Source: an uncultured archaeon
GTDB lineage: Archaea; Aenigmatarchaeota; Aenigmatarchaeia; Aenigmatarchaeales; JAHLMS01
Length of the DNA: 64,000 nt
NCBI GenBank assembly: GCA_964353775.1
Contig: CAYGWB010000006.1
Location: 115,991 to 179,990, forward strand
Direction: 5' to 3'
The position numbers and the translations under genes were made by a program. The notes below the pieces were generated by a model. It was given only the letters and a program-made list of their open reading frames with translations. It was not told the origin of the DNA and searched no databases. Shown one piece after another: positions 58,144-64,000 of this stretch. The number at the start of each line of letters is the position of its first letter. Position 1 is the first letter of the stretch.

Positions 58144-58916
58144 TTTCCACCTGTAAGTTCGACCTTAATCCTCCGGATCTCTCCCTGCTGTCCCGGCAGT
58201 TCTTGTCCAGCCTCTAACAATATTCTGACTATATTTTCAATCGGAACTCCACCACCTTTTAGCACTGCCACCGCATCCTGGACGCTTAAACCTGATTTCA
58301 TAAGTTGAATCATTTCTCTCTTCAGTCTTGGGAAATGCCCCGCCCTTACGGATTCCATCACTTCTGCCTCGCTGGGCATGGTTATGTAGAAAGCTAAGAA
58401 TATCAGTCCTATACCGAGCCAGATGAAATTGAAAATGCCCGCGATTAACGCGGCAGCGAACAGAATTCCCATCTCGACAAGCCTTTCTTTAACATGGATA
58501 TTCGTTACATGAATGCCGTGCTCCCAGACAGGTTTTTTCGCCTCCTCTTCTTCTTTTTTTGGCGGTAGGATTGCCTTCTTCAATCGCTTCGAATCTTCCC
58601 ATTCTTGAAATTTTGCCAGAGACCCAGGTGGCAGTCCAGCTGCCGGTCCTGCCCCCCTCCCGATCTTGGCCGTAAAACCCCCGTGCGTAGGGCACTCCCA
58701 TACATCAGTTGTTGCATCATAAGTAAGCGGGCCATTGCATGCGGGGCATACTCTCCGTGGAAATTGGGATGGTGCTGCAATGGGCGTGCTACATTCTGGA
58801 CATACTGTAGCATCATATGGTATCATCTTTCCACAAGCAGGATTGGGACATCTTTTTCTCGGAATCATCGGTGGTAAAGGAATTCTCCTTTTAAAAGTTC
58901 TAGCCAAAAGCACCAC
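58140..58916 (-). CDS. Double zinc-ribbon, TM-hairpin protein (unknown family)
   Basis: A 258-aa protein with two Cys4 ribbons (CPNPACG..CPEC and CPACNG..CPTHG), a K/E-rich linker, a hydrophobic segment of about 32 aa, and a C-terminal alpha domain. Confidence 0.5.
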   Translation of the reverse strand: MVLLARTFKRRIPLPPMIPRKRCPNPACGKMIPYDATVCPECSTPIAAPSQFPRRVCPACNGPLTYDATTDVWECPTHGGFTAKIGRGAGPAAGLPPGSLAKFQEWEDSKRLKKAILPPKKEEEEAKKPVWEHGIHVTNIHVKERLVEMGILFAAALIAGIFNFIWLGIGLIFLAFYITMPSEAEVMESVRAGHFPRLKREMIQLMKSGLSVQDAVAVLKGGGVPIENIVRILLEAGQELPGQQGEIRRIKVELTGGK

Positions 58917-58985
58917 CCTCGCTTTTACCTGTCATGAATGGAAGCATCATAACAAATAACTCCGTATCCATACTTATATTATTGC

Positions 58986-60149
58986 TCATGGACAATCGAG
59001 GCACACCCACTCGTCTTCTTCACTATCGATCGTACGTTTCTTTCGGACGTTAGTGCCTCCGCAATATGGACAAGACGGTACTTCATTCGCTGGTACTACC
59101 ACCTCGGCCATAGGCTCTCCGTACTTTTCTTCGTACTCTTCTTCTTCCTTTTCAATCGACGTTTGTGATGGCGGTGTAGGCCTTGCTGATGGTTGTACTG
59201 TGGTCGTTTGTTGCGGTCTTGGAGGCAATATTTGAATTGGGGGTGATGGCGGTAGCGGCGGTGATGGAGGTGGCGGTCGCATTACTCGCAGTGGCATATC
59301 TCTTGATGAGAGCGGCCTTAAATGTGGTGGTCTAAGCATCGGTCGTGGTGGTAGAGGTCTTTGCGGATAGTCTATGCCTTGTATTAGGTCCTTTCTTAAT
59401 TTCCGTTTTTCCCAAAAACTTAGCTCTGAGGGCGCTTTAGTACCTTTCCATTCAGGAGCCAGTTCTCCCATAGTTTCAATCATTTCTTTGGTCGGTTCTA
59501 CTAGACTTCCGCCTTCGAACAGACCTGGACTAGTCGTTTGAAAGGGCTTTCGTGGAGGCTTCATGAACGTTTTCTTTATCGGCAGTTCGGGTTCTTCCCA
59601 ATCAAGTCCTTCCAAATCAGATGGTGTACCTGTAGCTGTCTCCGTTTCCTTTGCTTCAGCCAAATCTTTATCTATTTCTTCTCCTTTTTTCTCCGCTCCT
59701 GATATCTCTTCTTCCACTACCTTTTCCTCTTTGGCCTCGATTTTCTTAGATTTCTCTATTAATTTTTCAATAGCTTCATTGCATTTTTTTTGAATTTCTG
59801 TATCACTGATGACTTGCGCATCTTTAGTCATCAGTCGAATCATATCATCGAAGAGCGAAGTATTTCCTTTTTCCAGGGCCTCTTCAGCTGTTTTAGAATT
59901 TGTCTCGAACGACTCGATACACAAATTATTAAATCCTTTCATGTATATATCCACGTCTTTCATAGCCGCTGAGAGAGAATCAATCTTTTTTACTGGCAAC
60001 GAACTCACAAGAACAGTTTCCTTTAACCTGGGTCTTTTTGGTTTAGATATGGTTGCTTCCGCACGTTGCTGTTCCGATTCTTCTATCACTTTTTCCGCGG
60101 TTTCAATATCTTGATCTGCCTTTTTCTCTGCCTCTTTTCCCTTTGGCAT
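58986..60149 (-). CDS. Acidic coiled-coil / Pro-rich protein with a C-terminal zinc ribbon (unknown family)
   Basis: A 387-aa protein with an E/K-rich N-terminal half, then a PPxP-rich tract (RPPPPSPPLPPSPP), and a terminal CPYCGG...CLDCP. Confidence 0.5.
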   Translation of the reverse strand: MPKGKEAEKKADQDIETAEKVIEESEQQRAEATISKPKRPRLKETVLVSSLPVKKIDSLSAAMKDVDIYMKGFNNLCIESFETNSKTAEEALEKGNTSLFDDMIRLMTKDAQVISDTEIQKKCNEAIEKLIEKSKKIEAKEEKVVEEEISGAEKKGEEIDKDLAEAKETETATGTPSDLEGLDWEEPELPIKKTFMKPPRKPFQTTSPGLFEGGSLVEPTKEMIETMGELAPEWKGTKAPSELSFWEKRKLRKDLIQGIDYPQRPLPPRPMLRPPHLRPLSSRDMPLRVMRPPPPSPPLPPSPPIQILPPRPQQTTTVQPSARPTPPSQTSIEKEEEEYEEKYGEPMAEVVVPANEVPSCPYCGGTNVRKKRTIDSEEDEWVCLDCP

Positions 60150-60157
60150 GCTAATTC

Positions 60158-62701
60158 TTACCTCTCCACCTTATTTATATTTTCCATTGATTCGTTTCTG
60201 ACATTCGATTCGGGCTTGAACGTAAACTCGACCGTGGATGTCAGGCCTGCCCTCTCGGCGGCCGCTATGCCCTCGACATTGCTGGCCTCAAATATCTTCT
60301 CAAGGTAAAGGTTCCTGTTCTGCACTTTTCCCTTTATGGCGGCCGGAATAATCTTGTGTTCGACCATCGTCCTCTGCTCCAGTATATTGAACTGATTTTC
60401 GAATTCGGTCGTATACTTGATGTTGTCGACGTCCAGCTCCTGCTTCACGGCAGCTAGTGCCGCCTCGACCCTGACGAGACCTCCGCCAGGAGCGCGTGAG
60501 GCCTTTGTGCCGCAGCGCGCGCAGATGTTGTAGCCGTCCTCGCCTACATAAAACTCGTGCGCGCCGTTAGGACAGCTATTCTTCCCCTCGAAGAGCGACA
60601 CGGGTGTGACGGAAGGCATTATTGTCCTTGACAATGTCTTTACTTCGCGGGGCCGCTGCAAAAATAAATCCGGGTGGACCGAAGCGATGTGCTGCTCCAG
60701 CCTTTCGTAGATTCCGTGTTCGCCGCATACCGGGCAATACAACGTTTCGAACGCCCTTTCAAATCTCTGTACCGCCTTGCGATACCTGGTGTTCAACAGA
60801 ACATTCGTCTCGCTCACGAGCTGTTTTACTGGAAGGCCGTAGAGCTGAGCAACGACATTGGACAGGACGTCCTCTCTTGACAACACCACTACGATGCTTC
60901 TGAAACGCTCAAGCTCAGGGATGAGCGACCATTCGTCCATGGTTTCTTCAGAAAGGAATATCCTCTTTATCATGCCCGGAGGTATCGGAGCGGCAGAAAT
61001 GACCTGATATTGTCCGCCCCTGGACATGCCGGGAGCGTAACGTATGAAATAGACATCGTCGGGCGCCCGCTCTATTTCCAGCACAGGACCGCCGCGGGCA
61101 TAATCGCTCGCTTCGTTCGGGTCGGCTGTCAAGTACACGGCCCTTCCTGTCACGGCCTCCCTGCCAAGACTGTCCGCTGCGAACGTGAACGAGCCGGGCT
61201 GCAGGCCGTATTTCAAAATCGCCGGCAGGCTACTGAACGAACAGCCGTGGAACCACCCCGGAAGATTCTCGATGGGAACGGTCAGTTCGCGTTTCTTTAC
61301 CTTCAATACAGGAGTCTCCTCCATCGGAAGCAGGCCTATCGGCAGCGCTTCTTCCAACGGTTGCGATCCTTCTTTAAAGGGCAGGAACGACAGTGGCAGA
61401 CCGCCCTCTTCCGCCTCGCCTCTTTCACCGGCAAGTGGCAGCAGGCCCATCGGAACTCCCTCTTCTGCGCCGCCTGTCTGTTCGATGGGCATGAAACTTA
61501 GAGGCAGCGCCTCTTCCAGACTTTCTGAAGTATCTTCCTTCGGAATGCCTAGGAAGCTCATAGGCAGCCCTTCCCGTATCGTGACAGGTCTGGGCGCCGG
61601 CGGTGCGGGTTTCGTGAACCATCCAACCTTCTTCTCAAGAGTAGGCTCGCCCTTCCTCTCGGTTACTCTGTACGTTCCGGCCGGGGCGGTTCTCTGCATC
61701 GTCCTCACGAGCTTCTCCTCGGTCACACTGCCAGGTTCTTCTCTCATCGTATATTTTGGCCCGCTGGCGGTCATGACCGGCGGCCTCTCCATGAGTTGGG
61801 GCTGTTCGGGCTCCTGATAAACAGAACCCAGCCTCGCTTCACAGCTCGGGCATGCGAATCCCGGCGGGATATCGGTCTGCAGACCGCACCTCGGACACTC
61901 GCTGTTTACAGCGTTCCTGGGGGCGCTATTGAGCGACATGCGCTGGGCATCGAGCAGCCTCTTGTGGGACTGCCAACCGGCTATGTTTTTTTGGACATCA
62001 TCCAGGGCGTTGTCCGTTTGTATTATTTTTTCATAATTCTCCTGGTCCGCTATCTGCAGCGCTCTCATGTTGTCGTTGTATTCAGTATCAATATTCAGAA
62101 GCTCGCGTTGGAATTCTTCCCTGAGGCTCTCCTGCTCCGGGCTGTACTTCTCTTTCACGTCAGGATACCATTTGATCATGGATGAAAGCTCTCTCATACG
62201 CTTGTCGAAGACCGCCTGCAGCTCCTTTTTCCTTCTCTCATTATCTTCCTTGACCTGGCTCATGCCGTTCCGTATGGTCACGATGTTGTCAGAAAGCGCT
62301 GCGTCCGTCTTGATCAATTGCTGCCTATTCGCCTCAAGCGATTGTATCTCTTCGGACACGGACTCCAGATAGACGTTCAGCTGCTCGGCCTCTGCATCGA
62401 CCTGGGCTATGAACTTCTTCGGGGCTGCCTCAATGCCTTGTATGCGCTCGAGCTCCTGGACATATGCCTCCTCGGTTATCCTTCCGGCGGAACGCGCGGT
62501 CGCGGCCTCGGACAGCCTTCTCCGGGCCTCTGCGCCGACCGGTATATATTGGGCCAGACGCCTCTCGCGTCGTCTCCTCAGCTCCTCTATAGAAAGCTCT
62601 TCAGGCACGCTGAATATTTGTCGACATGACCATAAAAACGAGAGGTTTAAATACCAACTAAAACAATTACTTGTAAGTGGTAAAAGTGTCGGAAACCCCA
62701 C
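60158..62701 (-). CDS. Large multidomain protein: coiled-coil, zinc ribbon, 14-aa LPxSFLP tandem repeats, Tpt1/KptA-like ADP-ribosyltransferase-fold domain, C-terminal zinc fingers
   Basis: An 847-aa protein from a GTG start in the ORF track. Residues 478-585 read WFHGCSFSSLPAILKYGLQPG...AVYLTADPNEAS...QYQVISAAPIPPGMI, which aligns with KptA YHGTSRRFLDEILRDGLRP...HVHLSADEATA...GVWLTDHVPPEYL. Zinc ribbons lie at residues 268-287, 655-675 and 710-731. Confidence 0.55.
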   Translation of the reverse strand: MGFPTLLPLTSNCFSWYLNLSFLWSCRQIFSVPEELSIEELRRRRERRLAQYIPVGAEARRRLSEAATARSAGRITEEAYVQELERIQGIEAAPKKFIAQVDAEAEQLNVYLESVSEEIQSLEANRQQLIKTDAALSDNIVTIRNGMSQVKEDNERRKKELQAVFDKRMRELSSMIKWYPDVKEKYSPEQESLREEFQRELLNIDTEYNDNMRALQIADQENYEKIIQTDNALDDVQKNIAGWQSHKRLLDAQRMSLNSAPRNAVNSECPRCGLQTDIPPGFACPSCEARLGSVYQEPEQPQLMERPPVMTASGPKYTMREEPGSVTEEKLVRTMQRTAPAGTYRVTERKGEPTLEKKVGWFTKPAPPAPRPVTIREGLPMSFLGIPKEDTSESLEEALPLSFMPIEQTGGAEEGVPMGLLPLAGERGEAEEGGLPLSFLPFKEGSQPLEEALPIGLLPMEETPVLKVKKRELTVPIENLPGWFHGCSFSSLPAILKYGLQPGSFTFAADSLGREAVTGRAVYLTADPNEASDYARGGPVLEIERAPDDVYFIRYAPGMSRGGQYQVISAAPIPPGMIKRIFLSEETMDEWSLIPELERFRSIVVVLSREDVLSNVVAQLYGLPVKQLVSETNVLLNTRYRKAVQRFERAFETLYCPVCGEHGIYERLEQHIASVHPDLFLQRPREVKTLSRTIMPSVTPVSLFEGKNSCPNGAHEFYVGEDGYNICARCGTKASRAPGGGLVRVEAALAAVKQELDVDNIKYTTEFENQFNILEQRTMVEHKIIPAAIKGKVQNRNLYLEKIFEASNVEGIAAAERAGLTSTVEFTFKPESNVRNESMENINKVER
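61309..61570. repeat. Tandem 14-codon repeats encoding EE(A/G)LP(L/M)(S/G)(F/L)LP x6 inside the 847-aa gene
   Basis: The protein segment GLPMSFLGIPKEDTSESLEEALPLSFMPIEQTGGAEEGVPMGLLPLAGERGEAEEGGLPLSFLPFKEGSQPLEEALPIGLLPMEETP contains the copies. The underlying DNA also repeats (ggcagcaggcc.atcggca.c..ctcttc). Confidence 0.6.
62644..62654. promoter_or_regulatory. TATA-like box ggtttaaatac in the divergent region between the 847-aa gene and the 62677 gene
   Basis: It sits about 25 nt upstream of the plus-strand GTG start at 62677. Confidence 0.3.
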
Positions 62702-63090
62702 AATATACCGGCAGTGACGTCGCGGACGCCATGCGCAGCTACGTCGCAGACGTCAGCAAGGACCTGAGAAAAATAGAGGAAGTGAAGGACCCTGCGAAAC
62801 AGCTTGAGTTCTACAAAGAGGTATTGAGCGGTATAGAAGAGGATGAAAAGGACTTCAAGATCGATATGTGCAGTATCGTGTCGGCCGAGACCGAGCTCGC
62901 GAACAGAGGTAAGATGCCGATGGAATGCATACCTATTATGGAAAAGCTAAAGACCGAACCTACGCCGGCAGAAAAGGTAGTTATCGAATACAACAATATC
63001 GAGCTGCTGAAGATGAGGGTCAATGGACGCATCAAAGAGCTTTCCAAGAAGTATTCTAAAAAGCGTGCGGAAAAATATTCCAAAAATTAG
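62677..63090 (+). CDS. Hypothetical cytoplasmic K/E-rich protein (137 aa)
   Basis: The start is a GTG in the ORF track, with an alternative ATG at about 62731. No family recognised. Confidence 0.4.
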   Translation: MVKVSETPQYTGSDVADAMRSYVADVSKDLRKIEEVKDPAKQLEFYKEVLSGIEEDEKDFKIDMCSIVSAETELANRGKMPMECIPIMEKLKTEPTPAEKVVIEYNNIELLKMRVNGRIKELSKKYSKKRAEKYSKN

Positions 63091-63238
63091 TATTCTCTTA
63101 TGGGCCAGCCGGCTATCGGCCGTCTGAAACCACAGTTCGTGCACATGTTCTTCGTCGTTTCGATGACGTTCCTGCACTTCACGCAATATGATTCCTGCAT
63201 GGGCAGGAATTGGCAATAAAAGGAGATAAAGCTTTGCC

Positions 63239-64000
63239 CTATTCGAAGTAGGCGATTATTTCGACGTGGCTTATGGCATAGCGCGTGCCTGGCATGACCG
63301 ACAGGTCGAGCCTGTTCGTGCCTATGAGGAAGTTGTCCGAACTGAAGTCGCCCAATATGTCCGTCTTGACGTCCGCGTATATCTGCTGTCCGTTCAGCTT
63401 CGCGACCAGTTGGCCGGTCCCCTCCTTGCGGTTTACGCTTATCACTAGGCGCCCCTTTGTCGAAAGAGCCACTTCCCTGTTGGACATCGAAAAGCTAAAG
63501 TTCTTTGTCAGCGCACCGGCCCAGTTGACGCTAGCCTCGGCAGACAGCACGTAGACGGTCGGCGCCCAGAACTTCCAGCCGCTGGATTCGGCCTTGACCT
63601 CCAAAGAGTTCTCGGCCTTCAGAAGCTCCGGTCCGAAGGCTAAGGAATGATCTCCTGGATAGGCATAATCGTTGAAAAGCTCATTGCCGTTCAGGCTGAC
63701 GATAAGTTTTCCGAACCTGTTCGTATCATTTACGTGCAGTACTATGTGGCCGCCTGTCGCGGATTCTGGTTCGGACAGCTGGAAGCTGTATATCTTGTCC
63801 TCTGCAGAAAGCAGGCCGCGGCTGACCGTTCCGGAAATGTTCGCGACCGGCATTTCGGCCGAGATATAGCCGATGGAAAAGTTGTCGGCGATCGGAATAT
63901 GGATAAGGTCCTGCGTTACAGCCCCTCCGCCGCCAGTAGTATGCGAAGGCGGGATGATAGCTATTGCGCCGAAGGCTACTAGGAGGCCTGCGAAAACCAG
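63239..64000 (-). CDS. Secreted/membrane-anchored beta-rich protein, 5' end outside the window
   Basis: The frame stays open upstream of the listed Met to the window edge and encodes an N-terminal hydrophobic helix LVFAGLLVAFGAIAII. The body is beta-rich. Confidence 0.5.
   Translation of the reverse strand: MVFAGLLVAFGAIAIIPPSHTTGGGGAVTQDLIHIPIADNFSIGYISAEMPVANISGTVSRGLLSAEDKIYSFQLSEPESATGGHIVLHVNDTNRFGKLIVSLNGNELFNDYAYPGDHSLAFGPELLKAENSLEVKAESSGWKFWAPTVYVLSAEASVNWAGALTKNFSFSMSNREVALSTKGRLVISVNRKEGTGQLVAKLNGQQIYADVKTDILGDFSSDNFLIGTNRLDLSVMPGTRYAISHVEIIAYFE

Noticed and set aside
1-64000. CRISPR arrays, insertion sequences and integrases
   Set aside because: No short regularly spaced direct repeats, transposase or integrase signatures, or terminal inverted repeats were seen anywhere in the window. 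The only repeats are intragenic (the giant-gene modules and the LPxSFLP codon repeats).

Overview
This 64-kb window is from an archaeal chromosome with about 50% GC. Archaeal hallmarks include Sec61-beta, aEF-1beta, Pth2, FEN-1, TruD, EndoQ, type-2 IDI, CarS, a form III RuBisCO, an intron-containing tRNA, and leaderless genes behind TTTAAA-type TATA boxes. Work is from the sequence and ORF track only, and all family assignments are by motif recognition. Between 1 and 5 kb are isoprenoid and housekeeping genes. A 23S rRNA gene on the minus strand (about 5.6 to 8.9 kb) carries two intervening sequences in domain V, and no 16S or 5S gene is adjacent. A minus-strand operon from 11 to 18 kb encodes the AMP-salvage pathway (ribose-1,5-bisphosphate isomerase, form III RuBisCO, AMP phosphorylase), extended by phosphoglycerate mutase and cytidine deaminase. 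A membrane-lipid block from 25.9 to 34.7 kb holds mevalonate kinase, phosphatidylserine decarboxylase, two CDP-alcohol phosphatidyltransferases, CarS, DedA and glycosyltransferases. An S-layer locus (35.9 to 39.8 kb) sits next to a membrane-anchored winged-helix regulator. There are four tRNAs (Arg-GCG, an intron-containing Thr-CGU, Gly-CCC, Val-GAC), and three small ORFs lie between tRNA-Thr and tRNA-Gly. A 2420-aa hyper-glycosylated surface protein carries roughly 940-bp internal DNA repeats. The most unusual region is a co-directional seven-gene minus-strand cluster at 53.2 to 62.7 kb. It encodes three lipobox beta-rich secreted proteins, an 8-TM protein with a Cys-rich ectodomain, zinc-ribbon and coiled-coil proteins, and an 847-aa protein with a Tpt1/KptA-like ADP-ribosyltransferase-fold domain. 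No enzymatic or transport function can be assigned to this cluster.
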